64,000 bases of DNA. Source: Vicugna vicugna. Lineage: Eukaryota. Below, piece by piece: positions 13,983 through 27,599 of the stretch. Where the stretch lies: positions 7,580,295-7,644,294 of the forward strand of contig MU058636.1 of NCBI GenBank assembly GCA_013265495.1. Reading direction: 5' to 3'. The translations under genes and the position numbers were made by a program. The notes under the pieces are model-generated. The model was given only the letters and a program-made list of their open reading frames with translations. It was not told the origin of the DNA and made no database searches. Each line of letters starts with the position of its first letter. The stretch's first letter is position 1.

Positions 13983-14633
13983 CTGCAAGTTTTAAAAGAG
14001 GGACCACTTTAATAAAGCATGAAGCTACCCAGGTGAGAAAATTAAAATACTACATACAATTTACCCTAGGACATCCTCTTTCAACCAGATTCTACTAACT
14101 TAGTGACAGGTGTGCTTAAAATGCATTCAACTGAGTTTATTAAGTTCTTATTTACAGGTAAATGTCAGAGATAGAAAATACATATGAGTCTTCATTAAGC
14201 AGCTGCACTGTCAAAATATAGCATCTGATGGTTGTGTTGCTTTTTTGTTTGGGGTTTTTTTGTTTTGTTTTGTTTTTGCAGCTGCTCCTCCTCTAAGCTG
14301 ACTGGACAAGACATGGTTATGACCAACAGGAAGGGTGCCGGCCAGCTGGTGATGAGCAGCTGCTCCATTTCCACTGAGAAGCAAAATGAGAAGAGGTTGC
14401 AAAAAGGAGTCTGGTCATGATGGTTAGCCATCTCCAAGAAGAACTCCGAAACCTGCAGGGAGCCACTGGAATGTTACAAAACAGACTCACTCATCTTCCC
14501 TAAATACTGAAAAAGAACTTTTTAAAAAGGAGGGGTGTACTGAATCTTCTATCATCTGGAGTATGAGCTTATACACAGTAATCCCATAATCCCAAAAATG
14601 TCTTTCAGGCTCATTTTTAAGAAAAATATCTTA

Positions 14634-14790
14634 GAGGGGAGGGTATAGCTCAAGCGGTAGAGCGCATGCTTAGCAAGCACGAGGTCCTGGGTTCAATCCC
14701 CGGTACTTCCTCTAAAAATAAATAAATAAACCTAATTATATCCCCCCCACCAAAAAAAATTAAAAATGAAAATAAAAACAGTTTTAAAAC
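14634..14790 (+). mobile_element. tRNA-Ala-derived SINE (camelid Vic-1 type)
   Basis: Head GGGGAGGGTATAGCTCAAGCGGTAGAGCGCATGCTTAGC...GGTTCAATCCC with A and B boxes, A-rich tail, perfect 15-bp TSD AAGAAAAATATCTTA at 14619-14633 and 14791-14805. Confidence 0.9.
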
Positions 14791-15551
14791 AAGAAAAATA
14801 TCTTAATTTAAAAAGATTTCCTACTAGTAACCTCAGCCTTGAAAAACCATAGTCATTGACCAACGATTCCACTTGAATTCAATTTCTGAAATTGGAGTCT
14901 GTCCTTTTACAAGCCAGATAAAAGCTAATTTAATTATCTTAACTGTTTAGATGCTCGCAATACACATAACACAATATAGGTGAAGAGTTTAGAAATGTGG
15001 GGTCTCATTGAAGTATTGACACTAATTATCTGTGTCTATAAATCTAAAACAGAAAAGGATAACCATCCTTTTAAATTAAAGAAGTAACATAATACGTGCA
15101 AGTGTTTTGCAAAAGCACAAAGTACCGTAAGATTCAAGGTGAATGGCCCTGACTTTCAGACAATCACACAACAACACAGCATGAACAATTCCATATAAAT
15201 GACTGAGAAATGACGGCAGGCTACAAACAAAACAAAATGAAACAAAACAAAAAAACCTCTGTGCCTAACCACTAAACTGTATTTATCCTTGTACAACACA
15301 TTTTAAATCCCTGAAGACAACTTTTTCTTCACGGGTAGAGGACATGTTTCCCTTTACTTTGCTTACACTTGTTTTCTTCAGACTATGATTAATAGGGATT
15401 ACATGTTCCTTACAGAACACAGCGTACAGTTAGTTAATCCTTAGCAAATAAAAGGTACAAGTGGAAAACCAACTTAAAAATGTATAAATACTGTTTTTGT
15501 GGAATTTTAATTAGAATTTTTCAAACCTCTGGAAACTTGTTTTTCACTCAC

Positions 15552-15656
15552 CAGTGCTGCAGAAGTATGTTTTCCAGTATTTTACCACAACAGTCATTTT
15601 TTCCATTGTTAGTGGTTCAGTTAATGTAATATCAGCTTCGTGCCCTGAAATACAAC
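15552..15656 (-). CDS. SOHLH2: SOHLH2 coding exon 4 (CISGHEADITLTEPLTMEKMTVVVKYWKTYFCST)
   Basis: ttcttag| acceptor after an 81-nt intron, CTG|gtgagt donor; 105 nt, in frame. Confidence 0.95.
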
Positions 15657-15737
15657 CTAAGAATCTTTGTATTAAATACTGATCTTACGACTTCTATTTG
15701 GGAAAACAACCAAATAATACATCCAGCAGGCACATAC

Positions 15738-15799
15738 CTTTAAAATTCTCAGGAATTATAAAAACAAATAGCAAATGTGTATTTTTTTTCTTGCCAAAT
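15738..15799 (-). CDS. SOHLH2: SOHLH2 coding exon 3 (FGKKKNTHLLFVFIIPENFKG)
   Basis: ttttcag| acceptor, AAG|gtatgt donor; 62 nt; continues the frame of exon 2. Confidence 0.95.
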
Positions 15800-16364
15800 C
15801 TGAAAAGGAAAACAATGTCAAGATGAAACAAAATCATCATTCAAAAAACTGGGCTTCAAAAACATAGCCTATTAGGAACTAACTACACTAGAGTGATCTT
15901 TATTTCATTAGAATTTAAAATGGTGGTATTAATATGGAAATCTAGTGGAAGTATCATCTCAAATCGGTGAGGGGAAAGATGGGCCACTTTTTTGTTTTTA
16001 CAACTTACAAGAAAAGAGATTGTATTTTTATTTCATGCAACTGCATAAAGAGGGTTCTGAGGTGTGTGGCTGGGGTAGACAGTACAGTTAAAGACTATTC
16101 AAGAAATACAAAGGAAGGGGATACTTCCATGAAACTAATATTTGGTTTAAAGCTTTATTTATTATAGATGCTATAGGTTCTCCATCAGTTTAATGGGCAA
16201 GAAAATCCAAATTCTGAGTTCATCGTCAAACCCCTGGTTTCTCTGAGCAGGAGTCCACTCTGTTGATACGAACAGTCTTTTTACGTTCATATCTATGGCA
16301 ACCACTAATGCCTGGCTCTTCACAACTGGGGAAGGGGTGAGAGAATAGGTGACTTTTAAAAAAG

Positions 16365-17335
16365 AAGCTTTTAATGTTAGAATAATTTTATATTTACAGA
16401 CATGTATGAAAGTAGTAGAGTTCCCATATATCCCAAACCCAATTTCCTATACAGCTAACACCTAGCATTAGCTTGGCAAATTCTTTACAAAGAATGAGCC
16501 AATATTGATATGTTATTATTAATTTAAGTTCATTCTTTATTCTGAGTTTCTTAAGTTTTTCTTAATGTACTTTTTTTTTCTGTGCCAGGATCCTACATCA
16601 CATTCGGTCATTATGTCTCCCTTAGGTAACACTGCGACACTTGTGCTGACTTCGTTTTTGACGATCTTGACAGTTTTGAGAATACTGCTCAGGGAATCGG
16701 TAGGCTGTAAGATGGACCACTTTCATTCTTGCTTTAAGAAAAAATGAGCCAAAATCTTATCCAGATTCTTGATCTCACCACCAATTTACAAGAAATTTAA
16801 GGAAAAGAGGAATATTTAGAAGACTGCTATGAGGATGACATCAGCAAAATCCAGAACATGGGGAGTTCTGTAAGACAAATGACCCCTTTAAAAATTACAT
16901 AAATAAAAAGCAAGGCAAAGAGAGAAAAATCAAAGGGAAAGGAAAATTGAATCCTGATTTGTATAAACTCACAGTTTAAAAAAGAAATCATAGATAAACA
17001 AGAGAAATTTGAACACTGATTGGATATCTGACAACATTGTTACTGATATTTAGGTGATACTGGTATTGTGATTATTTTTTTTAAGACTCTCTGCCTTAGA
17101 GAGGTACTTATTCAAGTATTTATGGATGAAAGGAAATGATGTCTTAGATTTGCTTTAAAATAATCCACCAGTGAGCAGGGGTGGGAGGGTGGAGAAGGAG
17201 GTGTGGGAGAAGGCAGAGGTGAAACAGGACTGGCCAAATGTCGACAACCAAGAAAGCTGCACAGCGGACACACAAAGCTCTGTTTACTATTCTCTCTCCT
17301 TTCATATGCTTGAAAATTTCCAAAATAATTTTTTT
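16365..17335. mobile_element. Two old L1 3' fragments (minus ~16365-16700, plus ~16770-17335)
   Basis: L1MC/ME-like 3'UTR phrases, e.g. cttgaaaatttccaaaataa. Confidence 0.55.
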
Positions 17336-20300
17336 AATTGTAGCATTATTCTTCGCTACACTTAGGAGTTTAATAAGTTGGAATTTCTGATAGTTTGGTG
17401 GATACTGAGCATTGATTGGCATTAGCTAAAAGAAAGTGATTTTCCAAGGAGAATAATACTGTGAACCAGACTTTAAAGAGAACAGCTAAAGCTGTCTAAG
17501 ACAAACTATTCTTAAATATGTAAAGCATCATTTATTAGTATGTGGTCATATATACAGATGTTATTTACTCCTTAAAACAAGATCTGGAAGGATCCCCCCA
17601 ATGCATAATATTGTTCAGTGATCTTATACATGCATTTGAAAGTAAGTATACAATTATTCTACATTCCAAATTACATTGCATATAATTTATAGATCTGAGT
17701 CATACATACATATTGAGAACGTGCTAGGTACCAGACACCGCGCCGGGCTCCGGGGGATATCGTGGACAGGCAGGAAGACAAGGTCCCTGCCCTCACAGAG
17801 TTAGCACTTTCTAGGGGAGGACAACTCTGAACAAATTACTCTAGAGAAGTAATTAAGTGGCCAAGTGTGTGCCCCGCTACTCAGGAAAGCCTCGGGGCCC
17901 AAGGGGAGCACAGGTCTGGGCACCCACCTGCCCTGCAGCCTCAGGGAGGCGCCTGGGTCTGTGGCTGGCCAGGCAGCAGCCAAGCCAAAGGCAATGGCAG
18001 GGGGAAGGCAGGAAGCAGAACAAAAAACATTTTACAGATTCACAAAGTAGTGCATTATCAAAAGAAAAAACATTCTAGAATTAGGGAAATTAAAAAAACA
18101 GATTCTTTGCTTTTAGAAATAGTCCTGTGGGTTTTTTAAATTTTGTAAATTGATTTTACTGACAGGAAAATACGTTAGATTTGGGTATATGGATTTTTAT
18201 GCCCTGAGGACTTTCAAATTTCAAGCTTTACATCAGAGTGAGTCGGGATTCTGGGATTTTTGTCATTAGCACAGAATCAATTACCAACTCAAACACTTGC
18301 CCTGCCAGTGAAGCCCTAATGGTGCAGGAACCCAGGAATCTATACAGCTCCCAGAGCCCAACTCTCTGGCCTAGAGCTCAGCTGCTCATTCACACTCCCC
18401 ACAATCAATAAGCTAAAAGTTTCTAGTTTCCGTGATCACAAAAAAAAAAAAAAAGTCCTCTTTCTAATGAAAGAATGTTCCTTAAAACCAAACTAAGTGA
18501 TACAAAAACACAACAAAAATTTCTTTCATTCACCCAACTAAAGCCACTTCTTTCATATAGCAAAGGCCAAACTGCAGGTTCTGAGGCCTCATGAGTCCCT
18601 TCTCGACTGAGGTCTCCTAGGTTTTAAAAATTTGCATTTCTCTGGAGGACAATTTATTTCTCCTCCTGTTTCACAGAATACGCTGTTCAAATGACATGAT
18701 GGTTCCTGAGACTACAGTCCACACAGAGATTACAGAGACTCCTGTGCCTGTCCCCCATACTCTCTGGAACCGGAAGCCAGCATAAGCTCAAACGCAGCCG
18801 GGCCCATCCCCAGTCTTGTCCCCAGCCCCCAGTCTGGTCCCTTGGTAGCGGGAATAAAAAAGATCACATAAAAGTGTTTTAAACTGAGTTGTACACTCTG
18901 ATGATCAAAGAACCTCAGGAAAGCCCTGGCTGGCCTCTGAAATCTATCATCTAATAAGAGGACCAAAAGGTTCTTATAAGTCCCTATGAAGCCAGAGGAA
19001 ATTTCTAAATGCTTTTCCTTTATAGCCAAGAGGACTTCAAAGGGCAAAAGCTGGTGTCATTTGGGGGTTGTGGCCATCCTGAGTACTGTAATCCATTATG
19101 CTACTTGTGGGCCCAATGCAGCCGAAATAACCTGGTGTGGCCTACTGGGGACTTGCAACAAATAACATCCTTTGTTAATTACTTAATTAAAACAACTGTT
19201 TTCATGAGAAAATTGAGAGTTTTACTACAAATATTAAAACACTGAGTTCACTTGCTACTAATAGGGCTCCTGCAATAAAATGCAGTACAGTTTTGAGTTT
19301 GTTTTGGTCAATAGTGAAGGTTGTGTGCCCTGCCTCCACTATGATTTTTGTCAGAAGAGTTTGTGCTGTGACCCTCCTAAGTCAGGTTCGCCACATGAAG
19401 TGATGCTAGAAACAATAACCATCTAGAATTTTCCCCAGTTCCTATTTACAGAAGAATTTTTTTTTAGTAGAACTACTTAGGTGTTTTATTGGTACAGGGT
19501 TTACTGTCAAGTACTTGGGCCATGCAGAATGTGGCTAATCAGAGTTACTGAGCTGCACTGCCAAATCAAGGATGCTCTGGAATTAGAGACACAATAGGAC
19601 AACTTGTTAGATCTCTGTGGCTCACAAGACTGGGTTTTCTTAGTTAAGTAGTGAGTGAACTGATCAGACAACTGAACCTACATGGGGAAAAATGAGATCA
19701 GATTCAAACTTGCAGACTGAGCAGATTAAAACAATTCTGTGTTCCTTTCCTACTGCCGAACTGCTCCGAGCTCACGAGAAGCAGAGTTTGAAGAGCTGCA
19801 GAGACTTCTTTTTTTTTTAAATCCCAGTGCCAAACAGGATCCACTCACTGTTAATGAGTTTGAAATACACTTTAACGTTCCATCCGGCCTTTGTAAGAGA
19901 AAGTGTCAGGATGCATCTGAATTATCAAGTGTCTGCCCTTTGAATGTGGCTCAATTTTGAGAACTGACCTGAGCCAAGTCAAATACTCCTAGAATTGTGG
20001 AGCCAAGCATATGACTCCTAAGATCATCTTAAAATATTTTACCGCTGGGTGGTGTCTGAGTTCACCTGGCTCAATAAAAATGTATTCACGAAATGAAATC
20101 AAGTTAGGGAGTAGCACTAGATTGTTAACCTATGATGGAGATGTGCTGTAATTCTTGAGGATGTCAGACTATAAAGTACCAATATTTATATGAATGATTA
20201 AAACTGATTAATGATTAGCTCTAAGCTGAAACCACAGTTCTTTTATAAGAATAAATTGTAAAATCTTTTTTAAGGAGGTTGCATACATTTTATCCTAAAA

Positions 20301-22860
20301 TAAGCTTAGTATGATAGCTAACAGACTTTATTCTATTATTATTTTCAATAGAAATCCCTGTTTTATAGTTAGGCATAGATCAGTAACCATGTGCTCTGAT
20401 ATGGGAAATAAATGTGGACATTTTTACTCTACATTAAGTTCTTCATTCATGGCAGGGCATATAAAGTGCCCAGAGGGAGAAGAATAAGGTAAAATCTCAC
20501 ATACTTTCCTGAACTTATCCAGATTTTGAGGTATTACAAAACAACAACAAAGATCTAAGCAGGGAAAAAAAACCCTAAAATACTGCACAAAAAAACTAAA
20601 CCAAGACTCTTCATCTTGGCTTAGTCATTAAATGTTAGCCAAATCTCAAAAGACAGAGTGCTCTAGGAAAGATAAATGTCCAATTGCCGTACAAATGTAG
20701 TAGTATGTTTATAAGATTCATTATCCTAAGAAAAACTGTAACCTCAAAATGTAAACATGCTCCACAAAGGTTTAAATAACCCATAAGTCATGAACTCATA
20801 ATGGTTCTGAGGGCAAGAAAGGAAATTTCAGAGGCATTTTCAGTCTCTAAGTGCAGCATCGTGAAAGGCAAAGCCTCCACAAAGAAAGCTCTGCCCCCCT
20901 TTCAGAGAGGAACACAAAAGCCAGAACTCACGTCTGCCCTCGAATGGCATTTCTCCCACTTGCCCACAGAGCCGCTCACCCATACCTTGAGAAAACTATT
21001 GAATACCTGCTATTTCCAGAGCTATGCTGGATATGGGAACAGTGTAATGAGACAGAAAAAAAAAAAACAGAAAACCAAATCCAGGTGTATTCCACAAATT
21101 ATCCTTTTTTTCCCCTTCAAACAAATGCTCTTAGAACAAAATAATAGAACCAGATGCACGTCTGTACATTTAGTTCCTTTGGCTACCTTCTCTCCCCTGC
21201 TAACACATCTTAAGCCGTGCTATTCAGAGCAAAGAAAGCAGCTGTGGGGAGGATCCACAGAGGTGAGTATCAGACAGAAGTTCTCTCCTCTGACCTCCAG
21301 CTCTTAGTAATTGTGACTAGACACAAAGCTTGCTCTTCAGCAGAACTTTAATCTTATCCTGTTCAAAATGTAGCTTCAGTCAGGGGCAAACACAAAGCCT
21401 TTACCACATTTGGAGAGGCACGGCTAGAATCCTGCTCTTGGAATAAAGGGAGATCAGCCCCAATGGCTTGTCCAGCGATACGTTTAGTTTAGTTTAAGTC
21501 TGGCATCTCTTGAATCTCAGGGGTGTAAGAGGGGCTTCAATACAGAAGCCAAATAATCACACACTTTTAGAAAGAACATGGAAGGAAGAGTAAAGAGTTC
21601 TAGTCCCGAGTTTTGTGAAAACAAGCCACGTGGTCGCAGGCAAGTCACTCACTTCAGCTTCAGGTTTCTAACCTGACAGGTAGGAATGATGAAGCCCTGC
21701 TCTACCTCCCTCAAAGATCTGTTATGAAATTTTTAAAATACTATATAAATGAGAGATTACCGTAAGTCTCCAAGGAGAGGTACTCTAACTATAGGAGATT
21801 TTTTTAAAGGTATGTTTATAAAATAGGCACATCTTCAGAAGGAAGACAGTTCACAACAATGCTGTGGAAGTGAAATCCACTTTGAGGTAGCTTGCCTGTC
21901 TGGTCCAGAGTTTATATTCCCAGGAGAAAGCTACAAGAAACGCACAAGACCAACTGTTCTAAGAAACCCCAGGAGCAGTGTCTGACTGTCTGTCTGTAAC
22001 AAGTAACATAGTGGCTTTGGCCTCGTCCCAGTCCAACCTTTCTTTTCCCAAACATAATTTGCTTGCTCCTTTCTATTCTGGGATCACAGGATTCCTCTGA
22101 ACTTTGTCCTTAAGTCTAGAAAGACCTGTCCTATAATTATAAGAAGTCCTTAGATAGTCCAATATTATCTATAATTTTGCTTCATTAAGTTTTCTCATAG
22201 AAGGGAAGCAAATTCATTCCATCTAAGCCTGCTTAAAAACATCCTCAATGTCTCAAAATCCTATGTAGTCAGGCAAGGAGGAACCTAACACTTCCACCAC
22301 TAGACTCCAGATCCCTAGAGCTGAGTGGGTCAAACGGAAGCAGAACTTCTACGGAACTGCCGGATGAAACAAGGATAACGGACGTGGTTTTAACCTGGAC
22401 TCTGCGGACCTGGAGAGCCTCGTGGCTCTTTCACATTAGGACATCTCTTGAAAGCAGTATCTTCGGTCCACCGCTATCATGAGTTACGAGGACCCATCTG
22501 CTTTAGCATCTGCTAGAACAACTAATGAAGTCTGAAAAGATATGCCATTTTAATGACATAGTTACTAAAAAGGAGTACCCATGGAATTAAGGGAAGCATT
22601 ACATACCAAATAAATTTCTAGGACCAATTAATTCTTACATCCTCACCCACACCTATTGCTTTTTAAGTTAAAATGATAATTCCTATAATAGTATGTCAAA
22701 CTGCCTACAAAAATAAAGACATGTATAGAGATTCTGCCCTTGAAAATATCCCTCATCTTAAAGTTTAAAGTAAATACAGCATCATATGGAAGGATTTTTT
22801 AGAAGTGGGTTTTAATAAAAACTATTCTAAAGATACAGCATGAAGGTTTTTGGAGCTTAC

Positions 22861-23075
22861 CTAATCAATTTGACAGCGTCCAGCTCCTCGGCGTTTGTGA
22901 GCGAAGCCGCCTTCAGGAAAGCCATGTTGAACGTGCAGTCACCCAGAAGTGCTGCCGCCTGCTTCATATCACTAGTGGTGATGGTGACTTTTGTCGTATT
23001 TGAAAAGCATTTCCGTACGATGTCAGCCAGGTGCTGAACAGTGAAATCGCCAACTAGTAAGAGGTCTATTTTTGA
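22861..23075 (-). CDS. SOHLH2: SOHLH2 coding exon 2 (SKIDLLLVGDF...LDAVKLIR)
   Basis: Polypyrimidine tract with ttcag| acceptor, AG|gtaagc donor; 215 nt, phase 0 to 2; matches recalled human AKIDILLVGDV...EAIKLIR. Confidence 0.96.
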
Positions 23076-26000
23076 CTGAAAGAGAAGGAGAAAAAGCAGA
23101 AGCACCACACAGTTCATCTCTGGGTAGAGAACACGTCATGAATGGGTGCTTCATTCTGACGGATTTCCTCTTTTTTGGTAATTCTTCATAACCCACTATT
23201 TTTAGGATATGATATCTTCTCTGAAGACACACGTCAGAAATTTTTAACGTTTTTCCTATCCCCTTAATAATCTGTTCCTGGAATAGTTGTCTGGCGATCC
23301 TTGGTTATCCAAACAAATAGGAATCAACCTGTACGAGCAGTTTCCCCTGAAGGTGGACGGGTCTGTTTCCCCAGCAGCTGTTTCTTTTAAAGGGACCACT
23401 GGCTGTGGGTTTGGTGTGAGTGGGAGGGACAGTGGAAACAAAGGCTGGAGAGCAGAGAGGTTGGGACCAGCTATTTGTCAAAATAAAGGCAGGCTTCCCT
23501 CTGAAAACCAAGCACTTTGGTTTATTTCCCTCCTGGGCAGAGCTGCTTTTCCTTTAATCCTTGTCAGTTGTAGAGGTCTGGGAACCACCAACACCAGGAA
23601 CCTACGTCCCACAGATAGTTCATTTTCTTTAGAAAGAGCAATGCCCGGTTTGGTTCCTGGGTTAAGAGTCACTTTGCCCTAGCTGCAGCAGGAGTCTGCT
23701 GGGACCGTCTGGGGGTAAAGAAATCCAGGGCCCCAGCTGGCCCAGGTGTTCTGCCCACAGCTAATTCTTTATCAGGGAAGTGCCCTCAGGCCCATTTCAT
23801 CTTTGTTTCTGCTAATATTCTGCCTAGACTATCACTAGAATTACTTTACTTCTGCGTGTCTTCTCTTCTTCATGTCTTTTAAGCTGTGGTTTTTCTACTT
23901 TTGTTTTAGTACCAATTTGATCCCATCTGCTTTCTAAATTTCAAGCTTTCCTGTGGGTTTCTTTCTTTCTTTTTTAATGTTCAAAGAGAGCTGTTTCGTT
24001 CAGACCAAGATCCCTATGCATCGCACTTAGTTGTTATATTTCCTTGGACTTTTAATTTAGAATACCCCCCTCCTTTCTTTTCAGTGATATTTACTGGCTG
24101 AAGGTATCAGCACATAGTTAAGTATCTCCTGCCGCAGAGACGCAGAGACGGAGTTGGCTGGAACATTGCCAGGTGTGTTCAATCATCTTCATGAGCCAAT
24201 CCCACCCACGTGCCCCACCCTATTTTAAACAATAAAAATTCAAACTCCTTAGCATGGTCTATCATAGCCTACTATCAACCATGTCACTAGCTTCATTTCC
24301 TTCTACGTTCTAGGAAGACAGCGTAACACTCTCAAAGGAGCTTTGAAATTTGGAATTTCTGCAGTAGAGAGTATCAGGAACTGTCTAGAGTGTTTCCTTC
24401 TCATTCTATCAACATTCCTCATTTCTAGTGGTACTTTTGGCGCAATGTGGGATGCTAAGCCATCGTGATGGTTTTCAGTGAAGAGTGTGAATCTCCACCA
24501 CAGCACAGATTTCTTCTATGCCATTACATCCCCTTGTGAACCAAATGCCGAGCATTGAAACAGTTATTAAGAAATGGTCATAAAATAAGTAATTGCATTT
24601 TTGTTTTTTAGTTTACCTGGTTAACTGAAGCAACCTATGAATGTCCAAAACCAATGTCCTTCCTGCTACAGATGGGGAGCCCATTTAATTTACTTTCCAA
24701 ACAGAGACATTTGAGAATGAAAGGGGGTGCTATTAATAATTACACTAAAAATACATATAAACCAGGATGTCTTGGGCTACGATCACTTGTAAAAGATTTC
24801 TATTAGAAAGATTTATTTTCTTTTTCCTTTAAAACCTCCTGCCACGTTTATGCATCCGCTTAAATCTGTTTGATATCTATGTCCTCTCACCGTAGATACT
24901 TGTTGAGCCCCTACTACGGGGCGGATGCTGTGCTGGAAATTGTAAGTGAACAGATAAGCTCTCTGCCCTCATGGGGCTGGCATTCCAGTAGTCTTTTTTT
25001 TTTTCCTGCTGACAAAGTATGGCTTTCAGTCCTTGGAACCCACAGGGAGAATCGTGGATGAGTCTCAGTTCTACCAAAGCTGTTACTGATCCCTTTTTAA
25101 CAGTTTGACAGCATCTGCCCCCAGTCCCCGTCCAGCCACTTGCTAGAGACTCTGAGTAAGGTGTTGATGTGATCCTCATCTGGGGGATGATAATACCTAC
25201 ATCGCAAGACTGCCATTAGCAGTAATGTTTGTACAATGCCCTGTAGGTGGTAGTTACTGCCGAGTGTTCTCAGGTAGTACCGAACCTGATCACAGAACCT
25301 ATCAAATCAACCTGATGGAGCAGTGGGGACAGGAGAGGCAGAATTGGAGGGAAAACGTGTCCACGTCTGGCAGTAAAAAAAAAAAGCCCTCAGTCAAACT
25401 GCTCTCTGCATGACTTGAGCCCCAGAGCTTGGGAAACAGGGCCTACTGAGAAGCAAAGGTAAGTTTTGAATAAGAGGCATCAGCTGCTGACCTGAACCCT
25501 TCCCTAGCTAGCACCTCGTGCTTCTGGCTGCAACATTCCCCTCAGAGGCCAGTTCCCAGTTTCTCCAGAATCTCTCAGCTAGTTTTGTGGAGAAAAGTCA
25601 AGAGTGAGTTTTGAGGGACAGAACCCAGGTACCGGGGAGTGAGGAGAGACTGAGAGGAGGCGGAAAGGGATCCAGGAAGAAAGCAGCAGCGCAACATCAC
25701 TAACCAGCCCTTCTGCGCAGAGCCTGGCACAGGACATAGGGCAGGAAATAAAGCTGCTCTAGAAAGAACTGATTTGCTCTCCTGACAAAGGCTTCCTTCT
25801 CTGCCAGACAAAATCAGTGCCATAGCACACGAGTAATGTTTACAATCAGACAAATCAGAACGCTGCCCTAGTCCACTGGCCCCAAGTCACTCAAATTAAC
25901 TAAACAGCTTCTAATCAACTTAAATTTGAGTATTTATAGAGTTAAAAAAATCTTGTTGATAGTGTAATATGAGAACAGGTGATGAGAAGGACCCACTGGT

Positions 26001-27599
26001 AAGACTAAAAGGAAAATAAATAAAAATAAATAAAACTTTCTAGTACATTCGGCTCTGGAACCCTGCCTTTAGTACCTCTAAGAGCTTCACCTGTGAGGGC
26101 CACGACTTGAACCGATACTAGACTTCATTCGGCGAAATTTTTTTCCTATTTGAATTGCTTACTACACTTTTTTTTTTTAAAAGCAATACATATTCATTAC
26201 GAAAGATCGAAAAATTCAAAAAAAGTCTGGAGAGAAAATTCAAAGCATCTGTAATTTCACCACTCAGGGACATACACCACCACCACCTGGGTGCAGACCG
26301 CTTTAGTGTGGACAGTTTTTACAATGCGACGGCATCGTCATCTTTATTCCCTCCGTTTCTGAGATCACAGGAGCACACAGGGCCCTCCACTCTCTGTAGG
26401 TTTTAAAACGCTGGATTTACATTTGCAGTCTGTGGTAGGCGAAACCCTTAATTAGTAACAGCAGATGCTGAAGTGCTTAACGCAAATCACCCCTACGTTT
26501 TAGTGAGTCGTTATTTACGTGGCTCTTATCACGGGGAGCAGCGCTGACAATCAGCAGCAGCTGCGTGGGCTGAGGCCCTCACCGGGCGGTGCGTGGCCCC
26601 CAGGTTCCCCAAGAGTCAAGGGATTTAAGCAGCTCTATCTGGAGAAACTGAGCGAGCTCCGCTTCCAAAGCAAATAAAAGGTTCTTTGGGGCTTCAGACT
26701 CTTGGAAGGACCGGAAGCTACAATTATTTATGTACTACTCGATAATCTGGTATTTTATTCAGAGCTCCATTTTGTGCAGCGTGGCCTAATCCTGCACCAT
26801 AAAATACTATTTTTTCCTTTTGAGTTTAAATAGGTGCCTCTATTTTGAAATAATTAAAATCTCTTAAACCTGGTCCACTTCAAAGTGGTAGTAATTGCGT
26901 GCAGAAAGCTGCTTCTTACCAAGCAAGGAGATTTAACTATGCAGAACATTCTAAGGGGTAACAAAACTTCACGCGGCCCAAACGGTTTCCCTCTCATATT
27001 TATCAAGATACATGGAGTACTCAGTACGAAGAAAGCCAAGACGAGTTTGCCTCGCTTCCTGGGGTGGGGTAAGGCGGTTTGTTCATGCTTTTTTCCTAGT
27101 AGACTGCTAATCACCTTTCATTTTTATCTCAGTCACAAAAAAGGGGGCCTGTGCTTCTGCTGACAAGATGATAAACAAGGTGCTTTCAAAAGAGGCCAGG
27201 GGGCTTTCTGATTTCTAAGGAGGGGGAGAGGATGCATGAAGAGGGCCGATGCGTTTTCCCGTCCATGGCGCCATGGTGTGGTGTCTACACCCGTCTGCCA
27301 GTTGGGTGTCAGCGCGCGGAGGGCCCCGCACGGACACCTGGGGACATCTTGCCAGTGAGCAAAATGAAAAAAGGCACGCCAAGCTGTGCAGACACGAAAG
27401 CTTAAGATCAGCTTTCCCATATGCCATGCTGAATAAACTTTCCTATATTCACACTGAAACGTGTTAAATCAACTCTCCCACATTCAGACTAAAACCAAGA
27501 TTGTTGTTCACGTTAATACTGCCACCAGCCCGAACATCTAACCTACTACGTCCTGCTCCCAGATAGCCCCACCCACGGTCTTGTGCTGGAAGTTTTGGG

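Noticed and set aside
14637..14711. tRNA-Ala(AGC) gene
   Set aside because: Followed by a SINE body and A-rich tail and flanked by a 15-bp TSD, so it is a SINE head
20801..21307. 168-aa plus-strand ORF and other ORF-track entries
   Set aside because: No recognisable protein motif or splice structure; intronic chance ORFs or repeat remnants
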